From a virus, in the IMG/VR virus record IMGVR_UViG_3300043410_001917, positions 3,331 to 67,330 of that record: a stretch of 64,000 nucleotides of DNA. One strand, written 5' to 3'. Shown in pieces: positions 1 through 8,880 of the stretch; position 1 is the stretch's first letter, and each line of letters begins with the position of its first letter. Made by a program: the position numbers and the translations under genes. Below the pieces are notes generated by a model, which worked only from the letters and a program-made list of their open reading frames with translations, was not told where the DNA came from and ran no database searches.

Positions 1-573
1 ACAGGTTTTGATAAATATTTCAATGATATTATGTTGATGGAATTGAGAGAAGAACGTGACAACAATAGGTTTGATATCTATAATATATGGAATGTTAAAT
101 CGGAAAAGTTGCAAATGGTGAAGGAGAAATTGTTAGAATTACACAAACAAGAACTGTTTGAGTATTTGAATCAAAATCATCCAGCTGGTTATGAACCATA
201 TCTATCAAATGGTTGGTTGAATTATTTTAATACCGGAGAAGGTCTGACTTTACATGACCATGCAGGATCTTTACTGGCTGCAACATATTATGTAAGTGTG
301 CCAGAAAATTCAGGCGATATATATTTTAATGATCCTAGAGGTGCGGTCGATTGGGATTGGCGCTGTGATGGAAAAGTTAAATACACTTCCAAGTTAATTA
401 GAATCAAACCAAAAGCGGGCCAAATTATTATGTTTCCTGCATTTCTCTTTCATGGTGTCGAAGAAAACAAATCAAATAAACCAAGAATTACAGTTACAAC
501 AAATATAATAAATGGAGACATAAAAAACCCTCCAAAAACATTAATAAATAAGCTCTATGATAAACTACTCTAA
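1..573 (+). CDS. 2OG-Fe(II) oxygenase (TIGR02466-like), possibly 5'-truncated by the window edge
   Basis: HDH...YYV...DPRG...FPAFLFHGV...R jelly-roll motifs; frame is open from base 1. Confidence 0.8.
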   Translation, partial: TGFDKYFNDIMLMELREERDNNRFDIYNIWNVKSEKLQMVKEKLLELHKQELFEYLNQNHPAGYEPYLSNGWLNYFNTGEGLTLHDHAGSLLAATYYVSVPENSGDIYFNDPRGAVDWDWRCDGKVKYTSKLIRIKPKAGQIIMFPAFLFHGVEENKSNKPRITVTTNIINGDIKNPPKTLINKLYDKLL

Positions 574-585
574 AACGGAATAAAA

Positions 586-993
586 ATGACCACGCCAACC
601 TCAGGTGCGATATCCTTCTCCAATGTTAATTCTGAAACAGGCCTTGCTGCTGGTGGAGCTTCTTCCAACATGAGTTGGGTTAAGGACAATTCGAAAACCA
701 GTGTTGGTGGAAGCACCGGTGTAGTCAAAGACATGGGTTCATTATACAATAAGGCCTATTATCAAAACAATATGGGTGGTGCTTGTAATAATGGTAACTG
801 CACCAATCAATGTAATTGTGGTAATATAAATTGTAATAATTGTGTTATTAGTGGAACTGTAAATTGTGCTAATTGTGACACTCAAAAATATTTACAACCA
901 AATTGTAATTGTAATTGCACATATAATTGCACTACCACGACCACCTCATACAATTGTAATTGTGATTGTTGGATTTGTGCTTGCACTTGGTAA
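586..993 (+). CDS. Cys/Asn-rich small protein; candidate radical-SAM substrate with a fibre-adhesin-like N-terminus
   Basis: 17 Cys in residues 67-135, 12 of them in Asn-Cys pairs; N-terminus PTSGAISFSNVNSETG; adjacent to rSAM/SPASM gene. Confidence 0.7.
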   Translation: MTTPTSGAISFSNVNSETGLAAGGASSNMSWVKDNSKTSVGGSTGVVKDMGSLYNKAYYQNNMGGACNNGNCTNQCNCGNINCNNCVISGTVNCANCDTQKYLQPNCNCNCTYNCTTTTTSYNCNCDCWICACTW

Positions 994-1020
994 TTTAATA
1001 CATTAATTTATAGGATAATT

Positions 1021-2460
1021 ATGAAATTTGAGATTCTTGCTGAACACTATACTGGTGATAGAAAAACATTCATTTATGACAATGAAACGAATATACTATC
1101 AACTGAAGATGGATTTGTTTTTGAATATCCAGAAATTAAACAACACAATCTAAAAGAAACTAAACCATTTTCAAAATATGATCCTTTAAAAAAATCAAAA
1201 GATATTACACTTATTAAGATTCAATTAGGATTATCTTGTAATTACACTTGTGATTATTGTTCACAACGTTTTGTTGAACGTCCACCAGAAACATCCAAAA
1301 AAGACATTGAAGATTTTATGAAAAAATTGGAAGTGTTGAATATAACTGAAGAACGTGGATTGCGTGTTGAATTTTGGGGTGGAGAACCTCTTGTTTACTG
1401 GAAAACCTTAAAACCTTTAGCTGAAGCAATTGCTGAAAAATTTGGTCATTGGAAAAATAAACCAAGCTTTGGTATGGTAACTAATGGTTCACTTTTAACA
1501 AGAGAAATTTGTTCTTGGTTGTATTATATGAATTTTGGTGTTGGCATTAGTCACGATGGACCAAATCAAGATGTTCGTGGACCAGATCCATTTGATGATG
1601 AAAACAAAAAGAAAATTATATTAGAATTTTATAAAATTATGAAAACACAAAATCGTATTAGTTTTAATGCGATGATGAATGCTAAGAACACGAACAGAAA
1701 AGAAATTAGAGATTGGTTTATTGCACTAACTGGTGATAAAGATGTTCCGATTGGAGAAGGTGGTATGATTGATGCATATGACGATGCGGCCGTATCATTA
1801 TCAATTTCAAGTAAAAGTGAACATTTTGAATATAGACGAAATGCTTTCAATGATATACACACAGAAGGTAAAGAATTAAATTTTGTGTCGGTTCTTAGTA
1901 AAGTGGATGATTTTGTAAATCGTCTATTAAACCACATTGAATCAAAATATGTTGGTCAAAAATGTGGGATGGAAAATGAGGACACAATTGCTCTTGACCT
2001 GAAAGGTAATATTGTCACTTGTCAAAACGTTTCAATTGTAGAAAATAGTAAAAATGGTGAACCACATTATGGTGGCAACTTGGAAGACTATGACAATGTT
2101 CAATTAACATCTGTTACACATTGGAAAAATCGAGTGAGTTGTGGTGATTGTCCTGTATTACACCTATGTAAAGGTTCTTGTATGTATTTGGATGGCCATC
2201 ATTGGGATGTAACTTGTAATTCTGCATATAGTGACAATGTAGTTTCTTTTGCGATTGCAATTTCCAGAATAACAAATGGTTATATTCCTGTTACAATCAA
2301 AGCAGAAGGTTTACCCCTAGATAGACAAGATATTTGGGGAACAGTATATGAACACAAAGAAGAAACAACAAAGAAGATTATTCCTATCAAATTTGTTGCT
2401 GAAAAAATTGGCATGATTGACGATGTTGAGGTTTACGGTAAAACAACAGTAGGAAGTTAA
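1021..2460 (+). CDS. Radical SAM protein with SPASM domain (peptide/protein maturase-like)
   Basis: CNYTCDYC (CxxxCxxC), FWGGEPL, TNGSLL, ISHDG; C-terminal C..C..CGDCPVLHLCKGSC..C. Confidence 0.92.
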   Translation: MKFEILAEHYTGDRKTFIYDNETNILSTEDGFVFEYPEIKQHNLKETKPFSKYDPLKKSKDITLIKIQLGLSCNYTCDYCSQRFVERPPETSKKDIEDFMKKLEVLNITEERGLRVEFWGGEPLVYWKTLKPLAEAIAEKFGHWKNKPSFGMVTNGSLLTREICSWLYYMNFGVGISHDGPNQDVRGPDPFDDENKKKIILEFYKIMKTQNRISFNAMMNAKNTNRKEIRDWFIALTGDKDVPIGEGGMIDAYDDAAVSLSISSKSEHFEYRRNAFNDIHTEGKELNFVSVLSKVDDFVNRLLNHIESKYVGQKCGMENEDTIALDLKGNIVTCQNVSIVENSKNGEPHYGGNLEDYDNVQLTSVTHWKNRVSCGDCPVLHLCKGSCMYLDGHHWDVTCNSAYSDNVVSFAIAISRITNGYIPVTIKAEGLPLDRQDIWGTVYEHKEETTKKIIPIKFVAEKIGMIDDVEVYGKTTVGS

Positions 2461-2461
2461 A

Positions 2462-3172
2462 ATGTCTGAACATTTAAACAATAACATAGAAATATTAAAA
2501 AAAGTATCCGGATGTAATGTTGAGTTGGTGAATATACCACCTCTAATAAAATCGCAAATTGATGTTGAAAGTGTGATGTTTAAATTTACAAAAAAGGGTA
2601 GAGTAGTAAATTTAATAATTCCATCTATATCTGCTGATTTCGACCACAGGTCTACAAATACACATGAAAAATCAGAAGATTTTTTATATGCTGTTAAACA
2701 AATAATGTCAATTTTAGAATCTAACAATCAAGATGAAATTATAAAATTAAAAACTGAAATGCGAGGTGGTGGCCACGATGCACCTTGGCCAGAAATTTTG
2801 TGGCCATTATCTTTTTTTATTGACACTTCAACACATAGAATTATTATTATGAGATATGTGTATCTTGTTACCGAATATGACGAGTGTTTATCATTATTGG
2901 TTGAAGGATTAAAAAAAATTGAAGGTGTTGTAAAAGTAGAAGTGAGAAAACGTTTAGAAGATAAAGATAATGATGTATATTTTATTAGTTGCCACATTGA
3001 TGATTTGATTTATCCTGGTATAACCAACTCTATGGTTGATTGTCATTCAGATGTTGAAACACATGAAATGATAATTCAAAATGTCATCACAACGATACAC
3101 AGTAACAAAATTAGAAACACAATGATGAATGATAGTATGCATTTTAACGAGGAAATTCATACACAACAATGA
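2462..3172 (+). CDS. Hypothetical protein within the enzyme cluster
   Basis: 236-aa ORF starting 1 nt after the rSAM stop; no motif recognised. Confidence 0.6.
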   Translation: MSEHLNNNIEILKKVSGCNVELVNIPPLIKSQIDVESVMFKFTKKGRVVNLIIPSISADFDHRSTNTHEKSEDFLYAVKQIMSILESNNQDEIIKLKTEMRGGGHDAPWPEILWPLSFFIDTSTHRIIIMRYVYLVTEYDECLSLLVEGLKKIEGVVKVEVRKRLEDKDNDVYFISCHIDDLIYPGITNSMVDCHSDVETHEMIIQNVITTIHSNKIRNTMMNDSMHFNEEIHTQQ

Positions 3173-3182
3173 GATAATATAA

Positions 3183-3848
3183 ATGAAATGTGAAAATATT
3201 TTTGGTTTTCCTGTTGTTAGGATAAACTGTGAAGATGAATTAATATATAAAAATGAAGAATTAACTAAGAGTGTTAATTTCGTTTTTAATTCAAACCGTG
3301 TTATTTACCGTGATAGGTCGCTAAAAGGTGATTCACATAAAGGTGGTGGTTTAACTACTGCAAGTGAAAGTTATCTTTCTATCGTGGAACTTCCTGGTGC
3401 TCAACCACTAAAGAAATGGGTGAGCGAACAATTCCTAAAAGTAAAAGATACGATGGGTTGCACATACAAAGGTGACTCAATTTATTTCAAAAGAAGTTGG
3501 GCCAATCGTTTATATCGTGGCGGCCACGGATTGGTTCACAACCATGCCAAAATCGACAACTTCATATCCCAAATGACTGACTATGCCCGTAAGGATTTTA
3601 ATCCTGATGCAGTTGGAATACTCTATGTTGATGTTCCAGAAAGTTCATCCAATCTTGTTTTTATTAACAATGGTAGAACCCAAACCTGGATTGATGAGTA
3701 TGATGAACTTGACACACACTGGATTACACCGATTGAAGGACAACTTGTGATACATCCACCAGAACTATGTCATGCTGTGAGTATTCATCATAACAATCTT
3801 CCACGTAATGTTTTTGTGTTTGATATTGATTATGTTGATGAAGAATGA
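3183..3848 (+). CDS. 2OG-Fe(II) oxygenase (TIGR02466-like)
   Basis: SWAN...HNH...ILYVDVP...HAV...R motif pattern. Confidence 0.75.
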   Translation: MKCENIFGFPVVRINCEDELIYKNEELTKSVNFVFNSNRVIYRDRSLKGDSHKGGGLTTASESYLSIVELPGAQPLKKWVSEQFLKVKDTMGCTYKGDSIYFKRSWANRLYRGGHGLVHNHAKIDNFISQMTDYARKDFNPDAVGILYVDVPESSSNLVFINNGRTQTWIDEYDELDTHWITPIEGQLVIHPPELCHAVSIHHNNLPRNVFVFDIDYVDEE

Positions 3849-4371
3849 AAATCTTTTTGCTACTCCAATCTGGACACACAAACTAGATAAAGAAACAAAT
3901 GATAATATTAAACAAGAAATTGTTAATTATCAGAAAAACACTAATCTGTTTGACTCGGATACCACTGGTATCAAAAAACTAAAAAATACCATTGTTGAAG
4001 CATACGATTCTATTGCCATCGACCACCATTTTATGCGATACTATGGTGAAGTACATGGTCGACTAAATGTAATTGGTTATGGTGTTTGTGATACACCACA
4101 TAATCATATTGGTAAAATGCTTGTTGGTGTTTACTATGTGCAGGTTGGTGAAAATACAGGTGATATTTTGTTACATGACCCAAGAGGTGGAGTCAACTGG
4201 CAGAATTTAAATTTTGATCCACAAGAAAAAGATCCTAATAAAACTTGTAGAACATATCATAGAATTAAACCTGAAAATGGTTTCTTAATTTTGTTTCCTA
4301 GTTATTTGGTTCATTCTGTTGAAACAAATCTTAGTCAAGAAGATAGAATTTCTATCGTAATTAATATTTAA
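3838..4371 (+). CDS. 2OG-Fe(II) oxygenase (TIGR02466-like)
   Basis: LFATPIW start, HNH...GVYYV...DPRG...FPSYLVHSV...RISI; start probably 3838 (or 3832) rather than 3808. Confidence 0.82.
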   Translation: MKNENLFATPIWTHKLDKETNDNIKQEIVNYQKNTNLFDSDTTGIKKLKNTIVEAYDSIAIDHHFMRYYGEVHGRLNVIGYGVCDTPHNHIGKMLVGVYYVQVGENTGDILLHDPRGGVNWQNLNFDPQEKDPNKTCRTYHRIKPENGFLILFPSYLVHSVETNLSQEDRISIVINI

Positions 4372-4380
4372 GGAACATAT

Positions 4381-5910
4381 ATGAAATTTATAGTTGTTGG
4401 TGGTGGAACTTCTGGTTGGTTGACCGCATTATTCACACGAAAAATTTTCCCTGATGCAGAAATAAAAGTTATTGCCAGCAGCGAAATTGGTATACTTGGA
4501 GCTGGAGAAGGTTCGACACCGCAATTCCCACAATTTTTAAAAAGAATTGATATTTCACCATCCGATATCATCAAAAATGCAAAAGGCACACTTAAAAACG
4601 GAATCAAATTTACAAATTGGAACGGTGATGGTGAACACTATTATCATGGATTTCAAGACAATTTAGATTATCTGAAAAAAACAAATTACAACTATCGTGC
4701 TGAATATCTAAACAAAATTAAAAATAATAAATGTTTGGATGATTTACATTTAACTCCATATATTTCTGAACAAAAACAAGTAAAATATAGGAAAGATACA
4801 AATGAACCTGTTGGCCAAGATTCACTACATTTCGATGCAAACTTATTAGCCAAATATTTACAAAGTGTTGCATTTCAAAGAAACATTGAATTGATTGATG
4901 ATGAGGTTGTGGGTATCAATACACATGAAGATAATTACATTAAATCATTGACATTAAAGAATAAGGGTGAAGAAACTTTAGATTTTGTTTTTGATTGCAC
5001 AGGATTTAGACGATTAATCATTGGTGATTTTTATAAAACCAAATGGAACTCATACAAAGACAAGTTACCAATGAATCGTGCTATGCCATTTTTTATTCAA
5101 AATGAAGGTGAACAATTACCTCCATATACAGAATCTATTGCAATGAAATACGGTTGGATTTGGAAGATTCCTGTTCAGGGTAGATATGGGTGTGGTTATG
5201 TGTTTGATTCTAGTTTCGCTAGTGATGAAGAAATCTTGCAGGAAATCAGAGATATGTTTGGAGACGATGTTGTTAGCCCAAGAACGTTTAGTTTTGATGC
5301 AGGTTACTATGACAAAGTTTGTGTTAATAATTGTATTGCCGTTGGTTTATCATCCGGTTTTGTTGAACCTTTGGAAGCCACAAGTATTTGGGTTCAAATT
5401 GTCGCACTAACTCAATTTGAATTTAGTAGAAACGAAATATTAACCCGCAATCAAAAATACATTGATAATTATAATCAAACATTAAAATCAATAAATCAAT
5501 CAGTATTGAATTTTATATATTTTCACTATTTAACTCCACGTAATGATAGTAATTTTTGGAAAACATTTAGAGAAAAAAATCAAGTTCTACCTTTCATTGA
5601 AAAACTGAGTGAAATTTGTGAGGAAAATATTCCTGAAAAAGAGGTTTATGAATATCTTACATCAATGGAAAATGTTCGAATTGGTTGTCAAAATGTTTCA
5701 GATACAAATATATTTTCTAGAGATAGTTGGTTACAGGTTGGTTCTGGCATTCGCTTCTTTAGTAAAGATATTGCCGCCAAGGAATTTGAACAAAACTTTA
5801 AATATTATAAACCAAGTTTAGATATGATTGAATTACATAAACAAAACAATTTGGATCTATTAAAACATAATCAACATTTACAAAATATAAAAGAGAAAAA
5901 TAATGTCTGA
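4381..5910 (+). CDS. Tryptophan-halogenase-family flavin-dependent halogenase
   Basis: GGGTSG FAD motif, GEGST, TLKNGIKFTNW (catalytic Lys region), DCTGF, WIWKIP (WxWxIP), FVEPLEATS. Confidence 0.92.
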   Translation: MKFIVVGGGTSGWLTALFTRKIFPDAEIKVIASSEIGILGAGEGSTPQFPQFLKRIDISPSDIIKNAKGTLKNGIKFTNWNGDGEHYYHGFQDNLDYLKKTNYNYRAEYLNKIKNNKCLDDLHLTPYISEQKQVKYRKDTNEPVGQDSLHFDANLLAKYLQSVAFQRNIELIDDEVVGINTHEDNYIKSLTLKNKGEETLDFVFDCTGFRRLIIGDFYKTKWNSYKDKLPMNRAMPFFIQNEGEQLPPYTESIAMKYGWIWKIPVQGRYGCGYVFDSSFASDEEILQEIRDMFGDDVVSPRTFSFDAGYYDKVCVNNCIAVGLSSGFVEPLEATSIWVQIVALTQFEFSRNEILTRNQKYIDNYNQTLKSINQSVLNFIYFHYLTPRNDSNFWKTFREKNQVLPFIEKLSEICEENIPEKEVYEYLTSMENVRIGCQNVSDTNIFSRDSWLQVGSGIRFFSKDIAAKEFEQNFKYYKPSLDMIELHKQNNLDLLKHNQHLQNIKEKNNV

Positions 5911-7447
5911 TTGTATTATTATAGGTGATGGAGTAGGTCATGCAGAAGATTTTAGTAGGATACAGAGAAGTCTAGGTGCATATAGAGTTGCTTCAGAATT
6001 AATAGAAAAAGGTTATTCAACATTCGTTTTTGATTTTATTAATGAATTCACTTTGAAAGAAATATTTGATGTTTTAGATAAACACCTGAATGAAAAAACT
6101 TTGTGGGTAGGATTCAGCTCAACATTTTTTTGGCCGATAGGATACCAAGAAGATTTGCAAAATGTTCTGAATAATAAAATTGAACATGAACATTCTTCTT
6201 TGAATTTAATGTATTGGAAAAATTACACTTTTGTTAAAAATATAATCGAATATATAAAAAGTAAAAGTAAGGCAAAAATTGTATATGGTGGTGCAAAAAC
6301 TCCTTACACATTGATTGATAAGAATGTGGATTATTATGTTTTGGGTTATGCTGATGTGACAATTTTAGAATTGACAGATTTCTTAGCAGGAAAAAAACAA
6401 TCCATTGAACATATTGAAGAAGTAGAAATTGATGGTGTAAAGAAATATAAAATAGATTCTTTCAAGTATGCAGAACCAAGAATGGATTCCATTTCAACAA
6501 GTTGGTGGCGTAAAGAATTTAATATATTGCCTGCTGAAAGTTTACCAATTGAAACTGGTCGAGGTTGTATTTTCAAATGTAAATTTTGTTCCTTTCCTTT
6601 ACTTGGTAAGAAAAAAGGAACATATACTAGGTCTTGTGGTATAATAAGAGAAGAATTGATAAAAACATTTGAGACAACAGGAACAACTTCCTTCTACATC
6701 ACAGATGATACATTTAATGATGACAATGATAAGATGGAAGAATTTCATAAAATGTTTACCAGCCTACCATTCAAACCAAAATTAACTGGTTATTTGCGAT
6801 TGGATTTGATAAACAAATACACACATCAAGCAGATTTGTTGTCTGAAATGGGTTTTGTTGGTGCTTTTTTTGGTATAGAAACATTACAACCGGAAAGTGC
6901 TAAGAGTATAGGTAAGGGATTGCATCCTAATAAGGTGAAAGATAGATTATATTGGCTCGCAGAAAAGTGGAAAAATAAAATAAATGTTACTTCCGGTTTC
7001 ATTCTTGGTTTACCATACGATACCACAGATTATTTTGATGAATTATTTAATTGGTCTTTAGAAGATGACAACCCTCTACAAGAGATTATTTTTTATCCAT
7101 TGAAGTTATTCAATAATAAAACTAATAAAGAATTGGATAGATATAATTCCGAGTTTGCTATAAATCCAGAAATATATGGTTATGAATTCAATACGATAAC
7201 TGATTGGAGATTACCATCACAAAAATTAGATTATAATATGTGTAAAAACATTGCAGAATATTATAATAATATTAGGGGACCAAAAAATAAAATTTCTTCA
7301 TTCACTATGCACACTATGGCAAATTTAGGTGTATCATACGATGATATGTATAAATGCACACAAAATGAATTGTTAAATAGATATAACTTTGAAGAATTGA
7401 ATAGATTGAAGATTGAAGAATATAAAGGATTGATTTTGAATGTTTAA
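5903..7447 (+). CDS. Cobalamin-binding-domain radical SAM protein
   Basis: ETGRGCIFKCKFC, ITDDTFN, FGIET, GFILGLPYDT; N-terminal LGAYRVA..L...GY B12-domain-like segment. Confidence 0.85.
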   Translation: MSDCIIIGDGVGHAEDFSRIQRSLGAYRVASELIEKGYSTFVFDFINEFTLKEIFDVLDKHLNEKTLWVGFSSTFFWPIGYQEDLQNVLNNKIEHEHSSLNLMYWKNYTFVKNIIEYIKSKSKAKIVYGGAKTPYTLIDKNVDYYVLGYADVTILELTDFLAGKKQSIEHIEEVEIDGVKKYKIDSFKYAEPRMDSISTSWWRKEFNILPAESLPIETGRGCIFKCKFCSFPLLGKKKGTYTRSCGIIREELIKTFETTGTTSFYITDDTFNDDNDKMEEFHKMFTSLPFKPKLTGYLRLDLINKYTHQADLLSEMGFVGAFFGIETLQPESAKSIGKGLHPNKVKDRLYWLAEKWKNKINVTSGFILGLPYDTTDYFDELFNWSLEDDNPLQEIIFYPLKLFNNKTNKELDRYNSEFAINPEIYGYEFNTITDWRLPSQKLDYNMCKNIAEYYNNIRGPKNKISSFTMHTMANLGVSYDDMYKCTQNELLNRYNFEELNRLKIEEYKGLILNV

Positions 7448-8099
7448 TTATTGCCCACCAAAAGAGATTCCAAAGATTGAATCTCAAACTTTCCCTGATG
7501 GGAAAAGATATTATGTTACACCAAATGGTAAAAAATTGCCATCGGTAACTACTGTGGTGGGCGCACAGAAAAAACAATCCATTTTAGAATGGCGCCGTAG
7601 AGTTGGTGAAGATGTTGCAAACAAAATTTCCAGACAAGCAACATCACGTGGCACCAATATGCATACGATGTGTGAATACTATTTGAACAATGAACCAAAA
7701 CCACCAGGTAACGTCATGCCTGATGCGAAAGAATTGTTCATATCAATCAAACCATATCTAAACAAAATCAACAATATACATTACCAAGAAGTTGGTTTGT
7801 GGTCTGAACAATTAGGTTTGGCGGGTCGTGTAGATTGTATTGGTGAATATGAAGGTAAGTTATCTGTTATTGATTTTAAAACATCCAAAAAAATCAAAAC
7901 ACGTGAATCAATTCTAGATTATTTCTGGCAAACTACTGCATATGCATTGATGTATGAAGAATTGATTGGACAACCTATTGATGATTTGGTAATCATTATG
8001 GCGGTAGACAATGAACAACCAATCATCTTCAAAGAAAAAACACAAGACCATATTGAAGGTTTAGTTAGAGCTATTGATTATTACCACAAAAACAGTTGA
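7440..8099 (+). CDS. PD-(D/E)XK (Cas4-like) exonuclease common in T4-like phages
   Basis: LPSVTTV, RGTNMH, AGRVDC, IDFKTS, QTTAYA motifs. Confidence 0.88.
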   Translation: MFNYCPPKEIPKIESQTFPDGKRYYVTPNGKKLPSVTTVVGAQKKQSILEWRRRVGEDVANKISRQATSRGTNMHTMCEYYLNNEPKPPGNVMPDAKELFISIKPYLNKINNIHYQEVGLWSEQLGLAGRVDCIGEYEGKLSVIDFKTSKKIKTRESILDYFWQTTAYALMYEELIGQPIDDLVIIMAVDNEQPIIFKEKTQDHIEGLVRAIDYYHKNS

Positions 8100-8124
8100 C
8101 AAACTAAATAAATTGGTGTATAAT
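8096..8124 (+). promoter_or_regulatory. Consensus sigma70 promoter with an embedded late-promoter-like CTAAATA
   Basis: TTGACA (8096-8101), 17-nt spacer, TATAAT (8119-8124); CTAAATA at 8104-8110. Confidence 0.85.
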
Positions 8125-8130
8125 ACAATT

Positions 8131-8262
8131 ATGGATAAATTATTTTTACTTGTTATTGTTGTAGGTTTACACGCTTATTGGATTTATAAGTTGGTAAACT
8201 ATGATTGGAATAATTTTGAAAAAGATTCAGAGGGTGACGATTTTTTGAAACCCTATGAGTGA
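8131..8262 (+). CDS. Small (43 aa) putative membrane protein, probably leaderless
   Basis: MDKLFLLVIVVGLHAYWIYKLV hydrophobic stretch plus acidic tail; ATG begins 7 nt after the -10 box. Confidence 0.55.
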   Translation: MDKLFLLVIVVGLHAYWIYKLVNYDWNNFEKDSEGDDFLKPYE

Positions 8263-8307
8263 TTATGGTTGTATGAAGCAACTAGAAACGTATTCTGTAA
8301 TCTTCAA

Positions 8308-8330
8308 CTCCACTAAATAAAAGTGGAGGT
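8308..8330 (+). promoter_or_regulatory. RBS-sequestering hairpin containing a late promoter, upstream of the HNH gene
   Basis: CTCCACT (8308-8314) pairs with AGTGGAG (8322-8328), covering SD GGAG; CTAAATA at 8313-8319. Confidence 0.75.
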
Positions 8331-8334
8331 GTAT

Positions 8335-8880
8335 ATGAGAAGTTATTCCTTGATTTGTTGTGATGGTTGCGAAAAACAATTTGAAAAAGAAACAAGATAT
8401 GTAAAAGCGGCTGAAAAGAAAGGTAGACGCCTTTACTGTTCACTATCTTGCCATGCAAAACACACAAGAGAAGAAAAGTTGGGTGTTTGGGTGCATAGTG
8501 AAGAAAACAAGAAAATGGCCAGAAGTTTGGCTGGTAATAGAAAGGATGAATATAGTCCTTTCAGAACACTATTAAAAAGTTGTAGAACAAGAACTAATAA
8601 AGGTGGGAATCCAAAAGGTGATTTTAATTTGGATTTACCATATCTCAAAGAACTTTGGGAAAAACAAAACGGTAAATGTGCCATCACAAAGGTTGACTTA
8701 ATTTTAGAATCTAGTTATAATAAAAATTATCAAGCGTCACTGGATAGAATTGATAGTTCCAAAGGATATGTGAAAGGCAATGTCAGATACATTAGTGTAT
8801 CCGCAAATTGGTTAAAGAATAACCTGGATGATGAACACATAAAAGAATTTATCCGGATTTGTAAAATGGTAGTAAACTGA
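8335..8880 (+). mobile_element. Free-standing HNH-type (homing) endonuclease with N-terminal Zn-binding motif
   Basis: CDGC...YCSLSC; GKCAIT...SLDRIDSSKGYVKGNVRYISVSAN; SD GGAGGT before ATG 8335. Confidence 0.75.

Noticed and set aside
7440-8099. Cas4 as part of a CRISPR-Cas system
   Set aside because: No other cas genes or repeat-spacer array; this exonuclease type is a routine T4-like phage gene.
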